Shown here piece after piece: positions 28,051 to 37,801 of a stretch of DNA of 64,000 bases. The stretch comes from Thermoplasmata archaeon (lineage in GTDB: Archaea > Thermoplasmatota > Thermoplasmata > Thermoplasmatales > Thermoplasmataceae). Location of the stretch: the NCBI GenBank assembly GCA_021785735.1, contig JAJYEP010000001.1, positions 29 to 64,028 on the forward strand, in the 5' to 3' direction. Both the position numbers and the translations under genes were made by a program. Below the pieces are notes generated by a model that did not search any database, had not been told where the DNA came from, and was given only the letters and a program-made list of their open reading frames with translations. Numbering within the stretch: position 1 is the first letter of the stretch; each line of letters begins with the position of its first letter.

Positions 28051-28359
28051 ATGGGGAATTTCATGTACCTGGTATTTTCTCTTAAAAAAATCAAGAAAGG
28101 AGTCATAGATAGTTTGATGGCTGACGACATTGTGGGAAGGCAGTCCATCAATTTCAGGGACGGTCCCCTATATGGGCTACCGGAGGATGAACTTGTGCTC
28201 ATAATAGAGGGAAGCCAGGATGCTCTTTCAAGAGTGAAAGAAATCGCAGGAGATTCCTTATCTCCAATTCCTGAGGAAAGATCAAGAACAATATATGAAA
28301 AATTCCGTGACGAGGAAAAGAAGGCTGACGAGGGACTGGGATTTATCTTTGGCGAATGA
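28051..28359 (+). CDS. Small hypothetical protein with acidic, ribosomal-stalk-like C-terminal tail
   Basis: 102 aa (98 from the second Met). The C-terminus is EEKKADEGLGFIFGE. It is co-directional with lonB and overlaps the following kinase-like gene. Confidence 0.5.
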   Translation: MGNFMYLVFSLKKIKKGVIDSLMADDIVGRQSINFRDGPLYGLPEDELVLIIEGSQDALSRVKEIAGDSLSPIPEERSRTIYEKFRDEEKKADEGLGFIFGE

Positions 28360-28909
28360 AAAAAGGATTATTCTCTCCGTAACAGGTATGCCCGGCTCCG
28401 GAAAGGATGAGTTCATAAAGGTGGCTAAAAATTTTGGATTTCAGGATTATCACATGGGGGATACAGTCAGGACTTATGCATGCAGAAGCAGCATTCCTAT
28501 CAGCGATTCTGAAATAGGAAAATTTGCCTCGGGGGAAAGAGAGAAGCATGGAATGAACGTCTGGGCCAGACGGACCTATGATCTGATAGGGGATCACAAA
28601 CTGTTCATAATAGACGGTATAAGGAATTACGAGGAGGCCGAGTATTTCTCAAATAACGCTGAAAATTTCAGTATTATTGCTATATTTGCGAACAGAATAA
28701 CAAGATTAGAGCGAATTCTGAAGAGGAACAGGGCTGATGATATACATGACATGGAAGGCCTTATCGCTAGAGACAACAGGGAACTCAACTGGGGCATTGG
28801 AAAAGTGATCGCTCTTTCTGATTATATGATAGTCAATGACAGTACACTGGATGAATTCAGAAGGAAATCAACCAGCCTCATCAAGACAATCCACGATCGC
28901 AGTCTTTAA
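28349..28909 (+). CDS. P-loop nucleotide kinase-like protein (UPF0200 / dephospho-CoA-kinase-like)
   Basis: P-loop ILSVTGMPGSGKDEF sits near the N-terminus if TTG 28349 is the start. The ORF-track ATG at 28295 would add 18 residues encoded inside the previous gene. Overall pattern is adenylate/dephospho-CoA-kinase-like. Confidence 0.68.
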   Translation: MANEKRIILSVTGMPGSGKDEFIKVAKNFGFQDYHMGDTVRTYACRSSIPISDSEIGKFASGEREKHGMNVWARRTYDLIGDHKLFIIDGIRNYEEAEYFSNNAENFSIIAIFANRITRLERILKRNRADDIHDMEGLIARDNRELNWGIGKVIALSDYMIVNDSTLDEFRRKSTSLIKTIHDRSL

Positions 28910-29712
28910 TTGAGATCAGCCACATATCTGTAGAGCTGGTCAAAAAACAGTTTTCCGAAAGTTTGCGACTTATTTCCAAACCTTCCGGTTTGACCATTAT
29001 CAAAATAAATTCTCTCTGGATGTGGCATCAGACCTATTACATTACCCTTTCTGTTGGAAAGCCCCGCTATACCCATGAATGATCCGTTTGGGTTCCATGG
29101 GTACTCAGATTCGGACCCATCAGGGGCAGAATAGACAAAAGGTATCTGGTTACTCCTTTCCAGTTTCTTGTATTCGTCGTTGTCCCGAAACATTACTCTC
29201 CCTTCACTGTGGGCAACAGGCACAAGCCATGTTGAATCTTGCCCGGAAAATTGTTTCATGATCGCATTTTGTGATTTGATCCTGATATACGTGTACCTGC
29301 ATTCGAAACGCCCGGACTTATTTACAGTGAGAGCCACCTCTCTCTCCGTGTTTCCTTCCGTATCGGGTAAAATTCCCATCTCTGTCAGGACTTGAAAACC
29401 GTTGCAGACTCCGATAACCGGTTTCTCGCTCTCTATGTACTCCATCATCTCCTTTCCTCTGGAGGAAAGGAGTCTGGCGCCAAAGATGGCACCTGCTCTA
29501 ATATAATCGCCGCCGGAAAATCCTCCAGGGATAAAGATCAGGGAAAAATCATCCAGTTTTCGTTTACCTGATTCTATCTCCTTCACGTGGACGTATTCCG
29601 GATCAAAACCAGAATATTTGAGAGAAAAGAAAGATTCCTCTTCGCAATTTGTGCCTTCCATTCGCAGGATGGCCGCCTTAAAATTAACTGAACGTTCAGA
29701 GGGTGCGCTCAC
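28906..29712 (-). CDS. purQ: Phosphoribosylformylglycinamidine synthase, glutamine amidotransferase subunit
   Basis: [14 protein letters not shown] near the N-terminus, GGFSGGDY, catalytic GVCNGFQ and HPER match PurQ. Start reassigned to GTG 29712 ([16 protein letters not shown]). The upstream 34 codons of the ORF-track call look non-coding. Confidence 0.85.
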   Translation of the reverse strand: MSAPSERSVNFKAAILRMEGTNCEEESFFSLKYSGFDPEYVHVKEIESGKRKLDDFSLIFIPGGFSGGDYIRAGAIFGARLLSSRGKEMMEYIESEKPVIGVCNGFQVLTEMGILPDTEGNTEREVALTVNKSGRFECRYTYIRIKSQNAIMKQFSGQDSTWLVPVAHSEGRVMFRDNDEYKKLERSNQIPFVYSAPDGSESEYPWNPNGSFMGIAGLSNRKGNVIGLMPHPERIYFDNGQTGRFGNKSQTFGKLFFDQLYRYVADLN

Positions 29713-30053
29713 TGGCCGCCCCTTCTCTCCTTGGCCTTCATTCTCAAGCCTGTGTAACCACACTTTCTGCAACGAAGTGCCTTTGGAGAATTCCTGGCAT
29801 CGCAACGCATGCATATTTTTTTGTTCAACCGTCTCTCGACTGCTTCTGGAAATGCCATATCAATTTACCTTCTACTCATCTGTATTCAATCTGAATGAAT
29901 GAACCTATCCGTTAATCCCAGACAATATAAATAAATATCTCACGGACAGCAAACGATCTGCAACATGGACTTTATCAAAAAAGTATTACAAACATGGGGG
30001 TGATCATGAATGAAGATCCTGACATTGTGGTGCAGAAGAACCGGTTATATCTG

Positions 30054-30076
30054 GGAATGTTATTAAACAACATTCC
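30054..30076. promoter_or_regulatory. Perfect 8-bp inverted repeat GGAATGTT-N7-AACATTCC abutting the start codon of the 30079 gene
   Basis: GGAATGTT at 30054-30061 and AACATTCC at 30069-30076, ending 2 nt before the TTG at 30079. It could be an operator or an RNA hairpin masking the translation start. Confidence 0.3.
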
Positions 30077-30078
30077 AA

Positions 30079-31074
30079 TTGGAGAAAGTGCATAATCTTC
30101 TCCTCATAATATTTATCGAAGCGATCATGACACTGATCATCACATATTTTGTTTATTATACCATTGAAAAATCAGAAAATTTTCAGTTCAGGAATTATTC
30201 ATATGTTACCATAGTTCTCACCATGATGGCAGGTATGCTTGGTTCGTTCACAATTTATGTTTCAACACCCTACACTTTCTTTGACACAATTCTTGCGCTG
30301 AGCTTCTCAATGTTTACCATGGCTATTGTTGTTTCAGCTTTACTGTGGATGGTTACTTCCGATACAAAATTCTCCATTTCCGGAGCAGGGTATTATGCCA
30401 TTGTGCTTCTGCTACTGTGGAACGAGATCTCTATGGGTGTTTTTTCCTATATACTCGCCTATGGCATAGATGCCGCTACGGGCGGAAAGGATTCAATATT
30501 CGGGCTCATACAGGCAATGAGCACAGGCATAAACTCGGTGTTTTTCATCGGGCCGATGGCAGCTGAAATGATATTTCTGATTTTCCTTATTAGACCCAGA
30601 ATTTTTTATGTTTTAATATTCACATCAATACTTTTCATGGGAATCGCGGACCCAGCAATTGGTGGAATCGGAAGCCTTGTGTCTGTTGGGCTCATTGCAA
30701 GTGCAGTCGTAATGCTTCTTTACATGATTGCTGTTGTAGTGTTGATATCCAGAAAAATTTCCATGTTTTTCGAAAGCGATATTCCTGTTCTTACTGCTTT
30801 GTTTGCAATCTACGCACTCATATCAGCTGGCTTGTTTGTTGGTGCCCTGAATCCATTTTCATCAATGGTATCCTGGATAGTGAATGCGTTCACAATGCTT
30901 GTGTCAATGGGTTTTTATTTCATCCTTACAGTAAGACGCAGGGACAAACAAATGGAATTTCCTTTGAAGATGGTAAACAATAAGGTGGTCGGAACCGTAC
31001 TGGTGTTTACCTTCATATCAGGTCTTCTCTCTGTTATGTCCATAGCAGTTCATTTCGTGCCTTCTATAATCTAA
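30079..31074 (+). CDS. Polytopic membrane protein, unknown family (paralogous to the N-terminal domain of the next gene)
   Basis: 331 aa with about 9 hydrophobic helices. It shares the motifs WNEISMG and PMAAEMIF...IRPR with the downstream ORF. TTG start, and an internal Met at codon 17 is an alternative. Confidence 0.6.
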   Translation: MEKVHNLLLIIFIEAIMTLIITYFVYYTIEKSENFQFRNYSYVTIVLTMMAGMLGSFTIYVSTPYTFFDTILALSFSMFTMAIVVSALLWMVTSDTKFSISGAGYYAIVLLLLWNEISMGVFSYILAYGIDAATGGKDSIFGLIQAMSTGINSVFFIGPMAAEMIFLIFLIRPRIFYVLIFTSILFMGIADPAIGGIGSLVSVGLIASAVVMLLYMIAVVVLISRKISMFFESDIPVLTALFAIYALISAGLFVGALNPFSSMVSWIVNAFTMLVSMGFYFILTVRRRDKQMEFPLKMVNNKVVGTVLVFTFISGLLSVMSIAVHFVPSII

Positions 31075-31174
31075 GTATAGCAATAACTGCCACCCCCTGA
31101 CAGATGGAAATTCATCCTTAGTAGTCGCCCTCCGGTAAAATTCAGATTAATATAGGAATACAGGATACAAAATA

Positions 31175-33148
31175 ATGGTCCTGATCTATGCGCAGATCAT
31201 TATTGCAGCATTCATGGCTGCGGTAAATATCCTGATCATTTATGATCTCAAAAATAGTGGAAGTACCACACTCGGGATCTACATATCTGGAATGATGGGC
31301 CTGATGAATATCCTTGGTTATGCAATCATAGTCCATTATTCCATACTGCCTCTTATTTTCATCAATGCTGCGTATATGTCACTGGGCCTATTTCCTGTAC
31401 TGACTAAAAAAGAACTCCGGAGAAAAACGGGGCTCCTTATATTCGGCCTGGTAATGGTATTGTCAGAAATTGCAATGGGGGCATTCTTCATTGCCTGGAC
31501 ATTTAACCATGGAGTGAATATAAGTCAGGCAGTGGAAAATCCATGGTTCGCCTACGTTATGCTGTCTGAAATGGCTTTCTCTGTGCTGTACAGGAACAGG
31601 GATGAGAACAGAAAAATTCTCAGGACATATTTCAGCCCAAAACGGAACTACCTTCTTGCATTTCTGGTCATGATGGCCCTCATGCCAATTGCATTTCCGG
31701 ACAATTCAGCATATGTAACCGCTTCGATCTGGGGAACCGCAGTGGTGATGATACTTTCGACCGTTCTGATTTATGAAACGCTTTACAGGCAGAGGTTAAG
31801 AAAAGTCCAGGACACGTCATTATCACTTGAGATGATGATCATGTTCACATTCATGATGATTGGAGAGTTTGTCTATCTGATCTATTTCACCTGGATTGTT
31901 TTCGACGTATCCGTTGTGGTAGGGATGGTATGGTTCATATACCGGTCGACGGGAGGCAAAGGAGGAGAAGAAACAAATTATCTTAACAATCAGAAGTGGT
32001 CTTTTTCATTCATATTGCTGACATTCGTGATGGAATGGTTCATGGGGAGTGTACTGGCTATAGCGTCCGGCGATTTGGGAACAGGTGCATCGGGTTTCAT
32101 TTCGTCGCTTATTTTACCGTGGCAGAATGGCGGAAACATATACGTTCTATACGACGCCTTCGATGTGTTTGTCTCAGTTACCGCGAACCCCTGGTTTCTC
32201 ATCATGATGGGTACAGAGATGGGCATTCTAGCAGTGTCCAAATTGATCGGTTCACACAACAGGGAAAACAGGGTAAGGATTGCTCTTATGATCGGGGCCT
32301 ATTTCATATACAGTATCTATCTGCCCAGTTTCTCATCAATTTCGTCTGATCTACCACATATACCCTACATGTGGAGCATGGGCATTGGTACGCTTGGCCC
32401 TGTGACAAGCAGTGTTTTATTTTCCGGAATAATTGGTACTTATATTGTATCTGCCGCCCTCTCTCTGATGTTCGGAGCACGGCAGATATGTTCCGTCACT
32501 TGCACCGCACCACTGATGTATCAGGGAACGTTTTATGATTCTCTCAAGAAATACAATCGAACATCAAAACTTGGAAGGAAGACACTGACCTCAAAGATCA
32601 AGCCATGGTTCAGAGTTACTGTCATCTCCGTTTCCCTCTTTGTACTGTTCAGTGCAATTGTATCATATCTGAATTCGATTGGTCTGATCTCGTTCTCCAT
32701 ACTTGGTACAGATATGTCTGTACTCGTTTATATCGTCTGGTTCAACCTCATGTGGTATATCGTGTTTATATCAATTCCCTTCATGGGAACTTACGCATGC
32801 GTGACACAGGGCTGGTGCTACTGGGGATCCTTCAATCAGTTGATGGGATATCTGGGATTCTTCAGGCTTAAGGTCAAGGATACCAGTACCTGTGCGACCT
32901 GCAAAACAGTAGACTGTGCCTCCGCATGTCCTGTGGGCCTCACAGACATGCGGGCATCGTTCCTGAAAAAAGGTTCATTTAAAGCGTTCAAATGCGTTGG
33001 AGTTGGAGATTGTGTGGAAGCCTGCCCCTATGACAATATATTCTTCTACGATGTCAGGGGATTCGTTAAAAACAGGATAAGCAGGAATCCCGCAAAACCT
33101 AAGAGCGTTGTAAGTATGGATAACTTCCTTGAGAATACCAGGGAATGA
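31175..33148 (+). CDS. Polytopic membrane protein fused to a NapH/CcoG-like 4Fe-4S ferredoxin module
   Basis: 657 aa. The N-terminal 430 aa or so hold an internally duplicated Glu/Met-rich TM motif. The C-terminal part has Cys-bearing TM segments (QICSVTCTAP; CVTQGWCYWG) and ferredoxin motifs CATCKTVDCASACP and CVGVGDCVEACP. Confidence 0.7.
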   Translation: MVLIYAQIIIAAFMAAVNILIIYDLKNSGSTTLGIYISGMMGLMNILGYAIIVHYSILPLIFINAAYMSLGLFPVLTKKELRRKTGLLIFGLVMVLSEIAMGAFFIAWTFNHGVNISQAVENPWFAYVMLSEMAFSVLYRNRDENRKILRTYFSPKRNYLLAFLVMMALMPIAFPDNSAYVTASIWGTAVVMILSTVLIYETLYRQRLRKVQDTSLSLEMMIMFTFMMIGEFVYLIYFTWIVFDVSVVVGMVWFIYRSTGGKGGEETNYLNNQKWSFSFILLTFVMEWFMGSVLAIASGDLGTGASGFISSLILPWQNGGNIYVLYDAFDVFVSVTANPWFLIMMGTEMGILAVSKLIGSHNRENRVRIALMIGAYFIYSIYLPSFSSISSDLPHIPYMWSMGIGTLGPVTSSVLFSGIIGTYIVSAALSLMFGARQICSVTCTAPLMYQGTFYDSLKKYNRTSKLGRKTLTSKIKPWFRVTVISVSLFVLFSAIVSYLNSIGLISFSILGTDMSVLVYIVWFNLMWYIVFISIPFMGTYACVTQGWCYWGSFNQLMGYLGFFRLKVKDTSTCATCKTVDCASACPVGLTDMRASFLKKGSFKAFKCVGVGDCVEACPYDNIFFYDVRGFVKNRISRNPAKPKSVVSMDNFLENTRE

Positions 33149-33388
33149 TTCATATTCTCAGGATAATCAGTCTGCATTGCTTGAAAATCTGCCGGATAAC
33201 TGAATGACCAGGCATGGCAATTTAGTATTCTTTTCTTCCCAATATAACAGAAAAACTGTTTATTGAATCAAGACATCAGAGATATCTAAAAGACACTGGT
33301 TATGCACAAAATCACTCTTACAATCATGATTCTTTGAATTTTATAATTGTCTCAAAATATAAAAATGAATGGGTTAAGAAATGAAATC

Positions 33389-34591
33389 TTAATCCATATC
33401 TCTTGTGCTTTCCTTTAATTTCTTACCCTTCTTTGGATAATCAATGCTTTCGAACTTTCCCTGCAACTTTGCAATCACCTTTGGAAGGGTTGTATATTCC
33501 ATCTCAGAGTCGGGGAGCCTGTGAGGTTCGAACGGTCCCATCCTTCTAAGGTAATCAACGATATCAACTGCAGTTTTTCTTGCACCGTCGAATGCAGGAT
33601 CGTCAAACATATCAACCGGACCGGAAAGCTTTCCATCTTTCAGGACAAAACCAAGTGCAACCACTCTTGGAGGTCCGTCAAACCTGGTCATCTTGGAGTC
33701 CTTCATTCCAACGGGCATCAACGGTCCGTTGAATGATCCCCTCATCCATCCCGAAACCAGAAATGGATGGGAAAATGCTTCCAGGGACTCCCCTGACGCA
33801 GGAAGTCCTGATTGGATTCTAACAATACCTGCCGGATCATCCTTTCCGACGTATTCTCCGGCAATGAGCGAAAGTTTGTCAGTAGATATTACAGCCACAT
33901 TCTCATCAGGCAGCTTTTCGTGAGACGGTTTTGTAAAAACCCTCTTTATCACGTATCTGCTTTTGGAACCTATCATTGCTAGTACATCATAAGTCAGTTC
34001 CGGTGTTGGTAATTCTATTTTCTTACCCTCAACTATGTCCCATATCTCAAAGATAAATCCCTCATGCATGTTCGGATCAATGACTAATCCGGGAGTATTG
34101 AAAGGGTCTGCAAACATCTTGAATATGGGATAATTAAATGCTCCAGGCTCAGTCTTGTCCATCATGTAGACGATAAATGGTTCAGACTTCCTCGGAGTAA
34201 TTTCCATCTCCGCTATTCCGGGGCCCATACCTTTTATGTTGCCAGAGAATGCATCCTTGAGCAAATCCTGTCCAGCGCCATAAAGTCCAACTTTTTTGGC
34301 AACTTCTGTGCCTGATTTAAAAGCATCCCATGCTAGCTTGTGGACTTCAGAAGAATTGATCCCCTTGTTATGAATCATTGTGATTTGAATATCATCACCA
34401 ATGTGCGAGATGAAGAAGTCACTCAGAAGGTTACGTGAATTTTCTTTGACAAATCTTTTTACCTCTTCTACCACAGGAGGGAAAACTACTGTATGGCCGG
34501 GTAAACTCCCTATATCAGCTTTGATATGGCTAATTGTTGTTTTCATCAATTCATCATGGTCATTTAGATTAAAATTCTTTTGTATCTTCAT
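33389..34591 (-). CDS. fbp: Fructose-1,6-bisphosphate aldolase/phosphatase (class V FBPase)
   Basis: 400 aa. N-terminus KTTISHIKADIGSLPGHT and overall length match the archaeal bifunctional FBP aldolase/phosphatase. Confidence 0.92.
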   Translation of the reverse strand: MKIQKNFNLNDHDELMKTTISHIKADIGSLPGHTVVFPPVVEEVKRFVKENSRNLLSDFFISHIGDDIQITMIHNKGINSSEVHKLAWDAFKSGTEVAKKVGLYGAGQDLLKDAFSGNIKGMGPGIAEMEITPRKSEPFIVYMMDKTEPGAFNYPIFKMFADPFNTPGLVIDPNMHEGFIFEIWDIVEGKKIELPTPELTYDVLAMIGSKSRYVIKRVFTKPSHEKLPDENVAVISTDKLSLIAGEYVGKDDPAGIVRIQSGLPASGESLEAFSHPFLVSGWMRGSFNGPLMPVGMKDSKMTRFDGPPRVVALGFVLKDGKLSGPVDMFDDPAFDGARKTAVDIVDYLRRMGPFEPHRLPDSEMEYTTLPKVIAKLQGKFESIDYPKKGKKLKESTRDMD

Positions 34592-34877
34592 ACCAGGGGC
34601 TTATTGCTGATCATCCAAAGATCATAGAAAGGAAGATTTCCGACACGCTAAAAAGGTCATTCCCCTTCGAAAGTGGATTTTGCAGGCCTGGGAATATGAT
34701 AAGAATCAAAAGGACATGATTCGTCATCTGTTACACATGTACTGTAAATATAACGATGAAATTATTATGGAAAACGTCGAATCATAAGATATTGTATATG
34801 AATATCGTAATTTTGAGGTGTAGTTCACGTTTCTAAACAAACTATTTTAATCGCCATGTAATGACCCCTAGTTTAAT

Positions 34878-36776
34878 ATGGGCCAGTTAGACATCAACAT
34901 CGTAATAGGTGGGCCGCAGGGTGGAGGAATAGACACCTCGGCCAACATGATTATAAGAGCTTTCGCGTATGCCGGAATGGACGTGTTTTCTGTGAGAGAG
35001 TTCCACTCAAATATTAAAGGAAGACACAGCTATGTACACATAAGATCCAAGGATGATAAGGTCAGATCCCTGAAGTACCCCGCGGACCTACTGGTTGCTC
35101 TTGATCCAGACACAATATTTGAGCATCACGAGGACGTTTCAAAAGGTACCATGGTTATTTATGACAGCGCATTCGAAGGATCTGATCTGGGTCAGGCAAG
35201 GATGATAATGAGGGATACCCAGAAGGGAATTAAGGAAACTCTTGAAAAGGCAGGATTCCAAACAACAGTGAAGGGAATGCTTGAATACATGCAGAAGAAG
35301 GGAGGCAAACTCGTTCCAATTCAATTTGACTCTGTTCTTTCCCCGGTTGTTAGTGACGGTCCCACCACGCGTTATTTCAACACCTTCGGTGCCGCGGTCA
35401 CTATGAGTCTTGTAGGCATCGAGAAGAGTTCAATGGAAGATGCAATCAGATATGTATTTGGCAACAAGGAATCAGTTCTTAAGACGAACCTTGCCGTGGT
35501 TGACAAAGCATATGAATACTGTGAATCCAACAAACTTGTTGGGCGCAAGATTAAAAAAATGCACAGGGAATCAAGGATTATCCTGACGGGCAACGATGGA
35601 GCAGCCATTGGCAAGATAATGGGTGGGCTTAGATTCCAGACATACTACCCCATAACTCCTGCATCCGATGAGAGCACCATTATGGAGGAACATGAGGATC
35701 TGAAGTGGCTCGAGAATGAGGTGGATCAGCTGAGCAGGGGAGGAGTTGTAGTGGTGCAGACGGAGGATGAACTGTCCGCAATCACAATGGCAACTGGTGC
35801 AGCTCTCACCGGATCAAGAAGCGCGACCGCGACCAGTGGTCCAGGTTTTTCTCTGATGTCTGAAGCAATATCCTTTTCAGGAATGGATGAGGTACCTCTT
35901 GTTGTAACTCTCTATCAGCGTGGCGGGCCAAGCACTGGGCTCCCAACAAGAAACGGCCAGGCTGACCTTTTATTTGCAATGCACGCAGGCCACGGAGAAT
36001 TTCCCAGAATTGTAATAACATCTGGCGATGTTGAGGAGACCATATACGATTCCATGAAGGCACTGAATTATGCTCAGAAATATCAGGTGCCGGTTATCCA
36101 TCTGATCGATAAGAATCTCGCCAATACATCAGAAATTTTGGACGGAATAGATACCAGGCGCGTCAAACTGGAGATTCCTGAGATTATTCCTCAGAATGAT
36201 GGATTCAAGAGATTCAGTCTCGACACGTCTAGCGGCATATCAAGAATGGGAGCTTTCGGGAAGAACATATTCTGGCTCACCGGCGATGAACATGATGAGA
36301 TAGGACATGTCACAGAAGATACAAGAATGAGAGATCTGCAGATGGAAAAGAGATTCAGGAAACTTGAGACTGCAGAGAAGGAAATTCCCATAGAGGACAA
36401 GGCGGTCGTATTTGGAGACAAGAAAGCGGATGTCACATTTGTATCGTGGGGATCACAGAAAGGACCCATACTGGATGCGATGAACGAACTGAAGAAAATA
36501 GGGATAAGCAGCAACTTCCTGTACCTCAAGATGTTCACACCTTTCCCATCAGATTTTGTGCATGATTTTCTTTACTCCAGCAAAACGGTCATTGATGTGG
36601 AAAGCAATATGACAGCTCAGGCCGCCAAGGTGATTACTCAGAATACAGGCTTGAAAATCAGCAATTATATACTCAAATACAACGGAAGACACGTGACAGA
36701 AGACGAACTTGTCGAAGCTGTTAGCAAGATTTACAAAAATGGTGTGAAAAAGGTGGTGTTGACAAATGGCGCATAA
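34878..36776 (+). CDS. 2-oxoacid:ferredoxin oxidoreductase, alpha (fused gamma-alpha) subunit
   Basis: 632 aa. An N-terminal gamma-like domain (IGGPQGGGIDTSANM) is followed by the alpha domain (YPITPASD...). This is the Sulfolobus-type two-subunit OFOR architecture. It overlaps the beta gene by 11 nt. Confidence 0.9.
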   Translation: MGQLDINIVIGGPQGGGIDTSANMIIRAFAYAGMDVFSVREFHSNIKGRHSYVHIRSKDDKVRSLKYPADLLVALDPDTIFEHHEDVSKGTMVIYDSAFEGSDLGQARMIMRDTQKGIKETLEKAGFQTTVKGMLEYMQKKGGKLVPIQFDSVLSPVVSDGPTTRYFNTFGAAVTMSLVGIEKSSMEDAIRYVFGNKESVLKTNLAVVDKAYEYCESNKLVGRKIKKMHRESRIILTGNDGAAIGKIMGGLRFQTYYPITPASDESTIMEEHEDLKWLENEVDQLSRGGVVVVQTEDELSAITMATGAALTGSRSATATSGPGFSLMSEAISFSGMDEVPLVVTLYQRGGPSTGLPTRNGQADLLFAMHAGHGEFPRIVITSGDVEETIYDSMKALNYAQKYQVPVIHLIDKNLANTSEILDGIDTRRVKLEIPEIIPQNDGFKRFSLDTSSGISRMGAFGKNIFWLTGDEHDEIGHVTEDTRMRDLQMEKRFRKLETAEKEIPIEDKAVVFGDKKADVTFVSWGSQKGPILDAMNELKKIGISSNFLYLKMFTPFPSDFVHDFLYSSKTVIDVESNMTAQAAKVITQNTGLKISNYILKYNGRHVTEDELVEAVSKIYKNGVKKVVLTNGA

Positions 36777-37698
36777 TTTTAGAAGCGATGTTGCAATTGA
36801 CTGGTGCCCCGGATGTGGCGATTTCGGTATTTTGAATTCAATACAGCAGGCACTGACGGAATTAAATTTTGGTGCGAATGATGTTGTGGTAGTATCAGGC
36901 ATCGGATGCTCTGGGAAAACTCCCCATTACATAAACGTAGCTGGCGCACATACCCTGCATGGCCGATCAATACCCTATGCAACCGGGGTGAAGCTTTCAA
37001 ACCCTAAACTGAAAGTCTTGGTTACGGGCGGCGATGGTGACCTGATGAGTATAGGTGCAGGACACTTTGTGGGAGAGGGAAGGAGAAATACCGGGTTAAC
37101 AGTGATACTCTTTGATAACGAAGTATACGGACTAACCAAGGGACAGGCTGCTCCAACGATGCAGATGGGCCAGAGAACGAAAAGTCTCACAAAACCAAAT
37201 ATGTTTGGAAGGGTGAACCCCATCTCGCTTGCGCTCACAAGCGGGTATTCATTTGTCGCAAGAGGGTTCTCTTTCGACGGGAAGCAGCTCAAGGAAATAA
37301 TCAAAAGGGGGATACAGCACGAAGGATCATCCCTAATTGATGTACTCCAGCCATGCCCAACATACAACAACATAAACACAATGGAATGGTACAAAAAACG
37401 TGTTTACAAACTGGAGGACAGCAAAACCTGGGAACCTGTTGTAAAGAATGATGATTCTAACCTGGAAGAGGTTTTCCAGAGAGCGTATGCAAAGGCGGGT
37501 GAGTGGGAGGATAAAATCCCAACTGGAATATTCTATGAGAACAACAATATACCAAGTTTCCCCAAGAGAATCAATGAGTACGTTCCCAGATATCTGGAGA
37601 ATCCCCCTTCGGATCAGAAGATATCAGACAAGGACGGCTATACATTAGTTGATCCCATGAAGACATTTTCTGAAAAAATTGTTGAAACCATAAAATAA
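36766..37698 (+). CDS. 2-oxoacid:ferredoxin oxidoreductase, beta subunit (TPP/4Fe-4S)
   Basis: 310 aa. WCPGCGDFGIL (cluster Cys), GIGCSG and the TPP motif GGDGDLMSIGAGHF match the OFOR beta subunit. Confidence 0.9.
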   Translation: MAHNFRSDVAIDWCPGCGDFGILNSIQQALTELNFGANDVVVVSGIGCSGKTPHYINVAGAHTLHGRSIPYATGVKLSNPKLKVLVTGGDGDLMSIGAGHFVGEGRRNTGLTVILFDNEVYGLTKGQAAPTMQMGQRTKSLTKPNMFGRVNPISLALTSGYSFVARGFSFDGKQLKEIIKRGIQHEGSSLIDVLQPCPTYNNINTMEWYKKRVYKLEDSKTWEPVVKNDDSNLEEVFQRAYAKAGEWEDKIPTGIFYENNNIPSFPKRINEYVPRYLENPPSDQKISDKDGYTLVDPMKTFSEKIVETIK

Positions 37699-37709
37699 AT
37701 CTACACAGA

Positions 37710-37740
37710 ATTTCCGGTCCATCCATATCGGACCGGAAAT
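37710..37740 (+). terminator. Stem-loop (11-bp stem) just downstream of the OFOR operon
   Basis: ATTTCCGGTCC (37710-37720), 9-nt loop, GGACCGGAAAT (37730-37740). It begins 12 nt after the stop codon and is followed by a T-rich tract (CCATTATTTTAAT). A terminator role is inferred only. Confidence 0.35.
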
Positions 37741-37801
37741 GAACCATTATTTTAATCAGATCGAGACAATAACTTTTTACTCTTTGAACTTATTGCAATT
37801 T

